A stretch of DNA of 64,000 nt, taken from Camelus ferus. Taxonomy: Eukaryota. Made by a program: the position numbers and the translations under genes. This document shows, one piece after another, positions 38,309 to 51,300 of this stretch (within the stretch, counting starts at the first letter, position 1; each line of letters starts with the position of its first letter). The stretch lies in contig NC_045696.1 of NCBI RefSeq assembly GCF_009834535.1, positions 38,504,001 through 38,568,000 of the forward strand, in the 5' to 3' direction. The notes below the pieces were generated by a model. That model had not been told where the DNA came from, searched no databases, and saw nothing but the letters and a program-made list of their open reading frames with translations.

Positions 38309-38369
38309 GTGTGTGTGTGTGTGTGTGTGTCTGTGTGTCTGTGTGTGTCTGTGTGTTTGTATGTGTGTG
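38309..38369. repeat. Interrupted (TG)n microsatellite
   Basis: Read directly from the sequence. Confidence 0.95.
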
Positions 38370-39721
38370 AAGCCATTAAGTAACTTTGAAGAAACAGTAG
38401 GCAAGTTCTGTCTGATCTAGAAGCAGTAAAGTTTTAGTAATCCAAAACACAATAGAAAAATTACAAAAGCAATGGTTAGTCATTGCACCCACACACACAA
38501 ATATTTTAATTCTCATTTTTTGATAATATGATCTTGAATTTTTATTATTTCAGTAATTGTCTTTTATTAATTAAAATACTTGGCTATTCAAGTTTGTAGA
38601 TATTTAAATTCACTGCTAATTTCACAATCCAGTGTTGCCGGGACATAGAATATACTTTGTGAATCCACAGTTTGAGTTTGGGTTGCCTTAGCATTGTCAA
38701 TAGGAATGTAATTTTCAGAAAAGGCTAAAAATAATGATAGAATTTAACAGTATCAATATTTAGATTTTACAGACTTTACAATTAGCGAAAGAAAAATTGT
38801 TCCAAGAAGTTATTTGAAAAATAAGGAAAATATTTTGTAAACATTTTTATTCCTATTATCTCTCCTATAAATTCTCCTACTAATTCTATTTCTACTTCTC
38901 TAGTGCTACGTTGCCAAAGAGGAGCCCAAGAATATGTTGATAAAGAATCTCCTTCAGGGAATTACTTTCATCACTTTTTCCCCTGCTGGTTAAGAAATCT
39001 TTTTATCCTCCCAAGACCTCTTTCTGGGCTTAAAGCATGTTAGCAATCTTGCCAGAAATTAATGATATGTGTCATCTTGGCTTGCTATAGGGTACGTTAT
39101 TGCATTTGTATTTTTTTCTCATCAAAAGAGAATATACTTCCTCTTATTAAGTCAGTCATATTTGCCTTAGACAACATAATTTCTCTGAAGAACTCCATTC
39201 TGCCTTTATGACAAATGCATTCAAAACTTCATAGCGTAACTGAATTAGGTCATGTTACTATAGCCAAAACAAGGCAGAAATATATCATACTTTAGTTCAG
39301 TTTTCCTAACCACTGAAACTCAGCAGCAGGGTTGCCAAGTTTAGAGAATTCATAATACTCTCCAGTACAGTTCCTCTGTAGAATGTCTCCAGTGCAGGCT
39401 CAGAATGCTTTTTTCTACTCCTTTTTTTAACTTCTTCACTCATAGACAAGTGCACATTATTATGAACATATGCAGTAAATATCACTGCAAAACAGAGAGC
39501 CTGTAGGGCATTCCCTGAATTCCCAGAGTCAAAAAGTAGTCTATAGTTAATGATTTAATTTACCCAAACCCTATGGTTGCCTAAATACAGGGACCACTGA
39601 GGATTCAAATGACATATATAGCCCTTCCAGAGCATATTTCATATTTGGAAATCCAGGCATTCATTAATCCCCTCATCTGTGACAATTAGTAAAAGCCAGA
39701 TGATAGGTGGTCAAGGACTAA

Positions 39722-39847
39722 ATTGACCAATATAATTTACATCCAAACTGGGGCATTTCTGAAATGAAAGAGGAAGCTATTTATAATCATACCAGTACAC
39801 AAGGCATTAACCTGGATTGTCCCAGGCAAACCCAGATACAAATAGTT
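39722..39847 (+). mobile_element. MER94 (hAT-Blackjack) MITE
   Basis: tgaccaatataatttacatccaaactggggcatttctgaaatgaaagaggaagctatttataatcatacc..aacctggattgtcccaggcaaaccc follows the MER94 consensus as I recall it. Confidence 0.7.
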
Positions 39848-40490
39848 TGATGTGGTGGTAGAATGAATGAGCTTCTGGATGGACACATTCTGCATGTGCA
39901 GCCTTAATCACCAAATCTATGATTTGTCTCCTGAGTTCGTTAAAATAAAAAATATCAATCCATGCTAAATATTTTACTGCCTTTTTCTGTGTGCCTTCTG
40001 TCTTTAAATCACTTTAAAGGTTTTTAAAGATAAAAAGTCCACCAGAATTTCTCTTATAATTCATACAATATTTACATTTTTATACAGTTTAAATTAAGCC
40101 AATTAATGTCATATACATTTTCAGTTTTTCATAAGTAACAGAAAATCAATGGCTGCTCCTTAAAGGATGTTCATTAAGCATTCATGTCATTCTCTCTCTT
40201 ATTTTGATTTGTCATAAGCTTCAAAGCATATACAGTAAAAAATAAAATGAGAGTTTAGACCCAATAGCTGCTTTAACTTCTCAGTTCATCTCTTTAAGTA
40301 TTTTAGAATGTCTCTTAAATAGTCAAGTCATGAAATGAGAACACACAAATCACAAAGTAAGAAAAGGATCAAAATAACCACCCTGGGTTTGTGGTTTCCT
40401 TCAATCTGTTCTTAAAATATTTGTTTGGAAGGAGAAATATGTTATTTTTAATCTATAGATATAATTTATGACTTATTAACATTGGTTTAA

Positions 40491-40763
40491 CCCCTTTCCC
40501 TGATAACCATAAGATTGTTTACTATGTCTGCGAGTCTGTTTCTGTTTTGAAATTTACAAATGTTAGCCACTATGTATAAGAATAGATTTTTTAAAAAGTT
40601 TCTGCTGTATAGCACAGAGGACTATGTTCAATATCTTGTAATAACCTTTAATAAAAAATATGAAAACAAATATATGTATGTATATGCAACACTGGGACTT
40701 TGTGCTGTACACCAGAGATTGATACATTGTAACTGACAGTATTTCAATTAAAACAAAAACAAA
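40491..40763 (+). mobile_element. Camelid-type L1 3' end with a 5' inversion
   Basis: 40546-40763 is colinear with the L1 copy at ~46404-46612; 40491-40549 is the reverse complement of the part of that copy at ~46323-46382. Confidence 0.88.
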
Positions 40764-41369
40764 CCAGTGCTCTGTGAATGTTAGAAAAAAATTTTTTACA
40801 AACTTTATCTTATTAAAACTCCCCTGCAAAAGGTATGCTATTTTATAAAAAGAAAATGTCACCCTAGCAAGTGTGATTAAGCAAAAAAATGAGCCCTCAC
40901 AGGCATCTTTTGAATGCTGTCAGATCGCTCAAGTGAGGAGAACGGGGAAACCTATAAAGCAAAGCAGGTCAGAGCAGGGGAAGTGCAAATTAAAATCAAG
41001 GAAGGCTTAAGTGAAACCAAAGAGCACTTTACAAGAAAGTCCAAATCTAGTTACATAATACATCACAGGCAGGAAGCCAAGCAGAGAATCAATGAAAACT
41101 GGTTATGATCAAGGTGGATTCAAGGATGGAAGAAGATAGCAAAGAGTAAATGTTTAACGTAGATTTTTACTGAAGACATGAGTGACATTTTCACTCCCAA
41201 ATTTTCTTTAGAAGGAGAAAGGTCAGAGAGATTAGATCAAATAGGTGGTGGTAATCTCATTATAGAGTAGAAATAACCATGAATAAATTGTATGCTTCCA
41301 AGCATTTTGAAATAATTGAAAGATGAAATTATGAAAGTGTTCATCTAAAGGTTGGGAAAGTACCTAGAC

Positions 41370-41510
41370 TGCAGGATTTTCCTCTCTGTGAAATAAGGGT
41401 TGATAATAGTGTCCCCTTTGAAGGATTGCTGTGAAGATTAAATGCAGTGACATCAATAAAATTCTCAAACAGTTCCTGGCACATTGTACGTGCTCAACCA
41501 TTATAATTTT
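41370..41510 (+). mobile_element. MIR 3' half
   Basis: tttcctctctgtgaaataagggttgataatagtgtcc..ggattgctgtgaagattaaatg..aacagttcctggcacattgtacgtgctcaa. Confidence 0.75.
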
Positions 41511-43019
41511 TGTTATTTAGCAAACCGAAGGATCTTATAGGATTAACAAGCAAACACCAGTTGAAACACAGTAAACATGGTGAGACTCACTGATACCTGG
41601 ATTACAACTTTCGCTCTCCTATCTATATTGATTTTGACTTATCTTGACCTTTCTCAAGGAAGTTTATTTTTCTGTGCTTTTTCACGAGGTTGAACTAGAT
41701 TATTTGTATGGTCTCTTCTAGCACATGTATGATTTTTAGGACTTTTTATCAACAATCTTAGTATCTTTATACAGTTGAGGTCTATCAAATATACATGTTC
41801 TTAAATTATTTTAATATTTATGTTTTCCTTATATATCTCTTCCTAAGGTTGTGAATTTCATGCTTTATACAAACATTAGGGCAAGTTTGAATACTAAAGC
41901 ATTTCTGGAATTCACTCTCAAAGGTGGAGTCGAGTTAAATCTCTATCACCCTTTGATATGTACCTATGAACATAATAAGCATGTCCTGCAAGACAAGCAG
42001 TTTGACTCCATTTCCCCATCTCAAATGATAAACTTAACAGGTGGTAAATCCAGAGTTGGCAATTTGTTCTCTGTATACTAGAGAACTTTTGTCTTTTATC
42101 AATATATCTTTATCATAATTCAGTCACTTGGCAATTTCTGCCTTATTTTAAAATTAAGTAACTTTTTTATCAGGGTTGTTTATAAACAAAAGAAATTGAC
42201 TTTGATTAACTTAAGCTACAATAGGGATCTCACAGAAATTAAGAAAAATTGAACTACGAATCTAAGAAAGGATAGGAATTAAGGCAGTCTAGGATCTAGA
42301 AAAGTAGACATTCAGAGCATTATTGTTGATATGACTCAGCTCCAACTTTTTTTCCTTCATCAGTACTATCACGGTTCAAATAAACAAAATAAAGACCCTG
42401 ATATTCCTAGAATGTGCCCCATACTTGTACTTGGCAGAAGAGGGAAAGTTAAACTGCCCCAAGAAAATCATACACAGTGAAGGAAAATGTCTCCTCTCTT
42501 CCCAGGCAAGAGAGTTTAGTGTTATCAGATGACACTCGGAAGGTGCTACCAAAAAAAAGAAGGAGAGTTCTGTTTTCAGTTTGTAAAGTTGTGAGCTAAA
42601 TTGCAATGACTAATTCAAAGTGTATGTGTGTTTTAATGTCACTGCTTTATTAGAATTATCCACTTTAATACAATTAAGTTACAACTTCTCTTGGGGGAAA
42701 GGAAGCATATATGCCAAAGAGAAGGGTGGCATTCCATTTTAGTTTGTATTTTAATTTGCATTATTTTTATTTGTATTTGCATATCTCTTTTTATAAGTTA
42801 GTTTAGACATTTTGTCGTACTGCTAAGGGAGAGCAAATTCTCAACCTTCTTAATTAAGTGTACCTATTGCCCCAGACTCTCACTCTGCTTCCAATCATTT
42901 TTCACCCTACACTATAGAAAATTTCATAAAATACCGAAAAAAGAAGCCTGAAGGGGCTGAAATTATAAGGCAAATGAAATAAATTGTGATTGTAATAATA
43001 ACAGTATATTCAACATCAT

Positions 43020-43750
43020 TATCATCATTATTAGTTAGATTTACTCAGTGCTTTCTACGGGCCAGGTACTAAGGATTTTGCGTGTATTAACACATGTGAT
43101 TCTCACAACCTGCCTGAGTATAGTAACAGTATTATCCTAATTTCACAGATGAATAAATTGAGGCACAAGTGAGCTCTAAGTCAGTGAGGCTTCTGGTAAG
43201 AACCAGGTGTTGCATTTAAAGAGGGGTAGCTTTTCAAAGGAATTTAATGAAGGCACTGCTTATAGAGGGGTAGGCAGGATTAAGATAATGGACAGGATAG
43301 TGAGATCTAAGGCTCCAGCCTAGTGGGGAACCATCACCTTGGGGGCTTAAGGAGAATGAGGAACTCTGCTTCTTCAGACTGAGGCTGTGACACTGGAGCT
43401 GTAACTGTAGAGAAATGCAGCCACCAAACGCTGTTGGAGGGGTAAGAACAGAACAAAGGGGAAGAAATATCCCAAATGTCTCTCCTCTTGCTCCCTACCC
43501 TACCCATGCCTCCCATAGGTGAAACCCACCTAGAATCCAGAGGTCAAGGTAGCTCTGGTGTTGTAGTTCATATGGGTTAGTTTTCTAGGGTATCTAACAG
43601 GGCATAGATGTTAAAGAAAGAATATAGGGAAATCAGCTTAACCAACACATTTTTGTTACTTGGCTTGGATCACACAGCTGGTGAGTGTGGAAGCTGCAAT
43701 TATGTTTGTGATCTGAGAAACTGTCTGCCCTGAGAACCACTCTCTTAAGG
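43020..43750 (-). mobile_element. MIR split by an LTR insertion
   Basis: atttactcagtgctttctacgggccaggtact..attttcacagatgaataaattgaggcaca (to ~43175), resuming gttacttggcttggatcacacagctggtgagtg at ~43655. Confidence 0.7.
43178..43649 (-). mobile_element. LTR41/LTR33-like ERVL solo LTR
   Basis: Minus strand tgtgttgg..gagctaccttgacctctggattctaggtgggtttcacctatgggaggca..gaggagagacatttgggatatttcttcccc is typical of the LTR33/41 group. Confidence 0.65.
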
Positions 43751-44189
43751 GCCGTTAATGACAGTTTGCACAAAAAAAAAGCATTCCATAGACTACTACT
43801 TGTTTCAAGAAATGTCCCACCACAAAAAAACCCTCACCTCTAACTCAGAACAATCATTTCTGTTTTGTAAGATTCCGATTTGTTTGTTTATACCTTTGCA
43901 GCCAAGGTATGCTTAATATTATGCTTGCTGATCAGAGATTGTCTCAAGATTTCTTCTTTTTATTCTATAGCACTTACACTCTCTCTTCTAACATCTTAGA
44001 AGCATTGCCAAAATACAGCAAATAGGTTCACTTGCCGCCAGTTTATGAATAAATAGCCTTTGTTAATTGTGCGTCCAACTCAGTGTTGTCTTTGACAATT
44101 CTTACCTGCTGTATTGTACTACTTCTCCAGACTAGCTCTCCTACAGAACTATTAACTTAATTAAAAATAGCAAAGAACAGAATAAGGCA

Positions 44190-45580
44190 TGGGTACATAC
44201 TGCAGTGGCCAATTGTGGGACCAATTTGAACATTGAAATACATATGGTCAGCAATAGATGATCACCTATTGAATAAAATAATAATTGATGAATCTATACT
44301 GACAATAAAAGTGAACAAATAAATGAGAAAATAAGGAAGTGAAAAAAATAAATAAGGGAAAGTGAAATCTTTCTGCAGTAGAATGTCTTCTAAAAGATAT
44401 AGAAGATATGAAAGACTTAGAAAATTACCATCTTGTAGTCATAGCAAAAGTATATTCAAGCAAGAATTAACAGTGAGGCTGCATCCTGGGGATAGGAGTG
44501 ATGTGATGGGGAACAATATGTTTGCATGATCTCAAAGAATATTCTTCCCAAGTTACTCACTAATTAAAAAGGGGAAAATAAGAACTAGATTATGGATAAA
44601 ATAGATAACACTTGAATAAAGTGATCCAAGTTGTCATCACCAGTCAAGGCGAATGGGCATTGCCTTGGGATGTGAGAATTCAATATTTTTTTTTAGTGAT
44701 GAGATTTCAGCATTTCTTCTGTATTATCTCAAACAGAAATGCATAACCTAGATGTATAATCTGATGGAGTGATCAAGTAAAAATGGAGAATGTCAAAATC
44801 AAAATGCTAGAAAGAAAAGAATAAGAAAATAAACATAAATAAAGAATTAATGACAAAAAGCCCCCCAAAATATATTTGAAAACAGAAGGAACACTGGTGT
44901 GTGTAAACCAATTCCATGACTGATTTTGAAAACAGCAACAATTTGCAAGTGAATTTTCTTCTACATAACAGAGGAGAAAACACTAAAAATTAAATTGAGG
45001 AAATAAGCCCAGAAAAAGAGATAATTTAACATAGTACATCATAATAATTGATATCAAACTTCAAAATTTGGAGGAAATTCATGATTTCTTAAGAAAACCA
45101 AATATCCTTTCAAAGTATGAAGAAATAACACTAGACAAACTTGGATGAAACTGAAAATTTTATCAAAGCCCTGGGTATTGTCAGAGTTGAATTTTTTCAC
45201 ATATTTAAGTAAAAGACAATTTCTGTCATTTATGGAGCACAGAGAAGAAAGAAAAATTTTCAAACAACCTGATCCAAGCCAGCATTACACAAGGCCTTAA
45301 AAATAGTATATAAAGAAATAACTAGATGAATTATACTTATGAATAGCAGTGCTAATTATCATTAATTAAATGTTTACTTCACTCCAGAAATGCAAAGCTA
45401 TCCAATGTCAGATAATCTATTACTAACTCAAAAGAGAAAACAATTATCATCTTAAAGGACCCCTCCAAATCTGCAAACAAAATTCAGTACCAATCCAGGC
45501 TTTAAAAAGTAGAATTGGAAACTTTTTGGCAAATCATTGACAACATTATTATGATAGCAACCCCCCAAAACAGCATAGTG
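44190..45580 (+). mobile_element. Highly degraded old L1 (L1MC4/L1ME-like) fragments
   Basis: A-rich strand bias and 3'UTR-like motifs (ccaatttgaacatt, attgaataaaataataa..gaatctatactga, gtgatccaagttgtcatcaccagt). Subfamily and limits are uncertain. Confidence 0.45.
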
Positions 45581-45589
45581 TACAATAAG

Positions 45590-45805
45590 GAAATTTGTAG
45601 ATACTGACAGGCATATGTAGAATAGATAAACAAGATTATACTGTATAGCACAGGGAAAGATCTTGTGGTAGCTCACAGCGAAAAAAAAATGTGACAATGA
45701 ATATATGTATGTTCATGTGTAACTGAAAAATTGTGCCCCACACTAGAATTTGACACAACATTGTAAAATGACTATAACTCAATAAAAAATGTTAATGAAA
45801 AAAGA
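45590..45805 (+). mobile_element. Young camelid-type L1 extreme 3' fragment
   Basis: Reverse complement of the 28165-28340 type: gtagaatagataaacaagattatactgtatagcacaggga..gaatttgacacaacattgtaaaatgactataactcaataaaaaa. Confidence 0.85.
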
Positions 45806-46090
45806 AATCAAGTAAAACAAAAAGAATGTCTTATTTTTAACTTTCTAACTTTAAAGTGGGTTTGAATTTTTTCACAGTATGTATAGATTAAATCTCTTTT
45901 GAAAATAATTTAAAGGATATGAATATTGCAGAAAAATTTGGAAAATATCACCAAGTTTTTATATAATGCGGCATGCATGACAAGAGTGTGGTATGTGGCC
46001 AATTAGGAGTTCCAAGACAGTATATGAGGCCTATCTTGTGATAACCAAAGAATGTTTATACATGTAGCATTTAAAAAATTGAACACATTT

Positions 46091-46614
46091 AAATGCACAT
46101 TGACAGATGACTGGATAAAGAAGTTGTGATATCTTTAAACAATGAAATACTGCTCAGCCATAAAAAAGAATAAAATAATGTCATTTGCAGCAACGTGGAT
46201 GGACTCAGAGATGGTCATTCTAAGTTAAGTAAGCCAGAAAGATAAAAAAAAAATACCATATGGTATCACTCATATGTGGAATCTAAAAAAAGAAAAAAAG
46301 AGAACACTAATGACATCATCTACAAGACAGAAACAGACTCACAGACATAGTAAATAATCTGTGGTTACTGGGGGAAAGGAGGTGGGAAGGGATAAATTTG
46401 GGAGTTTGAGATCTGCAAATGTTAGCCACTACGTATAAAAATAGATTAAAAAAACAGATTTCTTATGAATAGCTCAGGGAGCTGTGTTTAATGTCTTGTA
46501 ATAGCCTTTAATGAGAGAGAATATGAAAACAAATATATGTATGTATATGAATGACTGGGATATTGTGCTGTACACCAGAAATTGACATGTTGTAACTGAC
46601 TATACTTCAATTTC
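46091..46614 (+). mobile_element. 5'-truncated L1 with 17-bp TSD
   Basis: gatgactggataaagaag..catttgcagcaacgtggatggac..tgtaactgactatacttcaat. TSD aaaaattgaacacattt (46074-46090) / aaaaattgaacatattt (46615-46631), preceded by a TT|AAAA endonuclease site. Confidence 0.9.
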
Positions 46615-48308
46615 AAAAATTGAACATATTTCCCATTAAAAGTACATTTCTTAAGATATTTACAGTATTCACATAGGGACTTGTTTTCATATCCAGCTTT
46701 TTACAGCAGTTTTATTGAAAGACTGACAATTTCAGTCAGTACTCAGACATTTAGCATCAGCCATCATAGAAACAAAGGATGCTATTGGCAGATTAATTTT
46801 CAACAAAAAGTAAACTAAGTTATGCTACCACAACCAAATTGCCTTGTTGTATGTTTTCTGCATTATTCCGTTACTGACTTGGAATATGAATTTTCAAGCT
46901 AACAACCAACATTAAAAAGAAAAAAGCATATAAGTAGATTAGTCTATATTATACAAAAAAAGACAAATCAAATTAATTTTGAAAAATTTTAGTCCTATTT
47001 TATAGATTAATACTTGAAATATAAAATATTATTTTGTGGACATTAAGACAAATAGGAAAAAAATCTCATAAATTATGAAAAATATTCAGTGAATAATGTA
47101 ATTATGCCAGTCTTCTTGAACTTTATGATTAAATTAGCAAATAAAATGATAGGGTATAGTTTTCTCAGTAGACAATTACACAGTCAGTATTGTTAAGCAA
47201 TCTAAGGTTTATAATTAAAAAATAGTAATAAAAATTATTTTTAAGTAACCAACCACATTTGATGACATATTATTTGTGATAAATAAAATTTTATGAGACT
47301 GAGTTCTAAAAAAGGCAAAGCATCAAGTTTCAATTCAAACAATCAACTAGAAACAAAACTAAAACAAATTTAGTTGTCTCTAATTTAAGGTTACATTCCA
47401 AACTACAGTCTTTACTTAGATATGTAATAAATTCCATGATCTCATAATCCTCTTCTTCTACGCTTAAAATGTTTTAGAGAATTGTGTTTTGTGTTTCTGT
47501 TACTCATTGCTTACTTTACTGCATAGCATGTAATAGAGAATGCATGTTTGAGCCAGTAAATCCCTGTATAAAAAATGTATATCCCTATAATTTTTAAATA
47601 AATTTATTTAATATTTACTCTTCATGACATTGTATACCTACTTTGCATAAAAGCAGAGTTAATATTTTTCCCACAACATATATTTCATCATTATTGTTTT
47701 AGTAGCTTTTGAAATCTGTGCCCTTTGGTTACTTTTGAATAAAAAAAAAATCTCTGCAAGTTCCACATTAAAATTGATTCCCCCCTGGTTTTGCAGGGAG
47801 AAAGAAGCTTGTTTGTTTAAGAACAGTTAAGAGCTCTCATTTCTCTTGTAATCTTAACTTTTATTAAGAGACCATCTTCTCCCTTTAAATCTTTCATTTA
47901 CTTTTTTTCCTTTTCTTTACCCATGAGTCCTATTTTGTATCTCCTCTCTTTTTTTTTTTGTTTACATGTTTAAATTGTATGCTTCAGTTAGTACCTCTAC
48001 TCCTCTGCTGAATCAGCTTTTCTAAAAACGTCTTCCAAATATGTGACTGCCAATTCCATACACTAAGGGGGCACTCATGTCTGAAGTGCCAGTTCAGCAC
48101 TATGGAGTAGAAGTGCTGAATAACGTAACATGAAAAATAGTGAACTATTCCAGATTTCACCCTATTGTTACAATAATGATTTATTACGGTTGCTATTGAG
48201 TTGGAAGAAACAAATCCCCAACGCATTTCTTTCTCATCCCAAGAAATACAGATACATAAAATCCTTAATTTTTATACCAATACAATAATTAGAATGATAG
48301 GTACACAT

Positions 48309-48349
48309 TTAAGAGTCTCATGCTCTACCGATTGAGCTAGCCGGGTGCC
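48309..48349 (-). pseudogene. Tailless retropseudogene of the 5' half of tRNA-Lys(CTT)
   Basis: Minus strand reads ggc-aCCCGGCTAGCTCAaTCGGTAGAGCATGAGACTCTTAA versus tRNA-Lys-CTT GCCCGGCTAGCTCAGTCGGTAGAGCATGAGACTCTTAA (2 transitions). Flanked by the direct repeat gataggtacacatttaa at 48296-48312 and 48350-48366. No 3' half and no poly(A). Confidence 0.9.
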
Positions 48350-51300
48350 GATAGGTACACATTTAATTATATAAATGACATCTTTTATTTTAACAATTTT
48401 ATGGTTTATATGCTTAGCATTTAAATGGTCTTAGATGTAGTAGTTTAGGGAGAATTTTGACTGTATATCCGTCGAAAACTTGTCTGACCTACAGGATATT
48501 GCCATCCCATAAGCCACTGCTGGTAGTCATTGATCTAGCCACGCAGTTGAAATTTAAAACACAACCACTATTCATCTTTTAATAATAAACTTCAGAGATG
48601 TTAGTGATGGTTAAATATTTCTACTTTGTCAAATATTAATTAATTACACAAAAGCATGACTATAATTAATAAGCCTAAGACATTGGGTATGTAGTATTTT
48701 TTGCTCAGAATATTCAGAGTATTTTTAAATTTTTTCTCATTATTTATAGAGGTAATATGATAAATGTATTCTCTAGATGTTCATTATATACTTATAAATT
48801 ATCTAACTAAATTATAAGGCCAAGTAAAGTAAAAAATTAGTTATAGCTAGATTTTATAATCAGTGTACTTTGATATGATCATTCCAAAAATTAAATCAGC
48901 TACTTAGGGATACCCTTTATGAAAGACCTAACGTGTACAATAAATTAACATAATTAAGTCATAAGATAGGTTGTAACTTTATTTTTAAATAGAAATCTTA
49001 TTAATAAATTATAAAATTTAATTAAATTATTAGGAAAAATCTGCAAGAATATGAGATAAATTTGTCCAAATAAAAATACCAAATTCTTTCTCACTGGTCA
49101 ACAAATACTTAAGTGACCTTGTTTCATTCATGTTTTAAAACATGATTATTAAACAATTTATTCCAATTGTTATATACTCTAAAAATATTCCAAAATAATA
49201 TTCGTACATATACATATATATGCATATATGGAATAAAATATATTCCAAAAAAATATACATATTAAAATTTTTACAAAAATACTTGAAACATTCTTTCATC
49301 TGAACTAATATTTGTGGTCATTCTCTAATCAACACTAGTATTAACAACTACTACTTCTTTCTATTAAGGTTGATTTTTACTTCTGATATCAATTTTTATT
49401 GATATTGATAATGTGATATGAATGTTTTATCTAGCTCTAGATTAAGAAATGAAAATTCTATTCTCCTTACTGTAATTGTAAAATAAATGAACTTTAAAAA
49501 CAACAGTTTACATAATACTAATGTGAAGACACCAAGAGAATGTACCAAATAGCAGTTAAGCTTGCTTTCCATGTTCATTCTTGAGAGGGATTAGCTCTAA
49601 AATAGCTTTATACTTGCTGTGACAAAAGCATCTTGATGTATTTGTATGTCAAATATTCTTGCATCATTTTTGACATCTTAATAAAGTGACTTGAGTGATC
49701 ATTTTAAAGGAGTTTTAAAGACAACTATATTCTATTTTTATTCCTTTTCCAAATCCATTGACAGATTTTGTACCAAACATAAAACCACATTTGCCTTATC
49801 TGATCGTTCAGAGTTTTACCAAAGCATTTTATTTCCATTTCTCTCATTGTCTCCTGAATTTGCCCTAGTAATGGGAATTTCAGTTCTACAGATGGGTTTT
49901 GATCAAGTTTTATGGCTAATTTCTATAAGAAATGAAAGGTTAAGACTCCCACAAATCAATCTTAGTGTGGCTGTGACTGCACTTTTTCATGAGCACAGGC
50001 AAGTATTAGATAACAGTTACCACTATGCTAAAGGAATCACAGCATTTTGTTTCACTTTTAGTTGCTTGTTTCTACGATATGGGAAGAACTTAGTGAATAA
50101 TTAAATGTGGTGTGAAGGCTACCACCTTACTTGACAATTCTTTTTAAAAATTAACTATACTCTGGGTCCTTCTTTAAATAGCTTTTTTAACCTTGACACA
50201 TGTCTAAATTGTCTGTAACATGCTAAGAATGCATGACTTAATCCTTGTTACCAAATATATAAAAAGAAACAAATTTTCTGTTAGTCATAGACAAAATAAA
50301 GATTAGCTAATGTTTATTATTTAGTAAGAAATGTAACCATTATTCATTATAATCCACACATATATATTGAGATATTTTTGGATTGATTTGCTTCTAAACC
50401 ATTCTACTCTTCACCAAAGCTCAATATATACAAATGTAATTATTATTTTTTTCCTAATGTCAGGGAAAAAATCATGCGTGTACGCCTCATAAATATATAG
50501 AATCTGATTAGGAATTTGAAATTTAAATTCTAACTTTGTTGCAGTCTTCCTAATTAACTTGGGAAAATCACTCACTGCATTTTTTTTCTACTTAATTTTC
50601 TGATTTTGAAATGGTTTTATTTAACATGCATTTTTAAAACACTGCCAGTTGATAATCTTATAAAAGTGCTTACAGAATATGCACTCTCAATGCTTGCAGA
50701 ATAAGCTGTTTCTTGGAACAAAATTTTACAGAATTTAGTTTTACTGTTATTATCAACAGAGAAACTTACTGTACAATCTACCACACTTCAGTCTCTCTTA
50801 AATTCCTCTTAACTATCCTTTGGCTGGATAGTTTTCTACTGCTGATCAGAGTGCGCGCATGCACCTGTGTGTGTGTGTGAGTGTTTTAGACCTCATAGTC
50901 TTCCTATTCAGGGACTATACGGTCATGTACAAGCATTCCTTTTATCATTTAAGTAAGCTATCCCTTTCAAAACTCAAGAAAGAACAAAAAGAAAACGTAT
51001 TTAGATTGAAGCCATATACCCCAAGGATTGAAAAGCGTTGCTTTGCCTAGAACCAAGACCAAAGGGAAACAAATGAGGGAGACATTGTTTACTTTTAAAT
51101 TAGAAGGATCTTTCCTAGGAGATCTGAAGCAGCCATTTGAGAAGAATAGACATTTATTTTTATCTGAAAGGAAGTTTTAAGAGCACCAAGTGTCTATCAG
51201 CATTAGAGACTTTATAAGGTGATCAGAGAAGACAAAGTCCATTATGTAAAATATATTTGTATGACTTGATAATTTTGTTACATAATTATGTATATGGTTT

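Noticed and set aside
48309..48349. Functional tRNA-Lys gene
   Set aside because: Only the 5' half is present: no B box/T-arm, no 3' acceptor strand.
49691..50104. 137-aa ORF
   Set aside because: Starts at TTG, has no recognisable domain, and its composition is that expected from AT-rich intron DNA.
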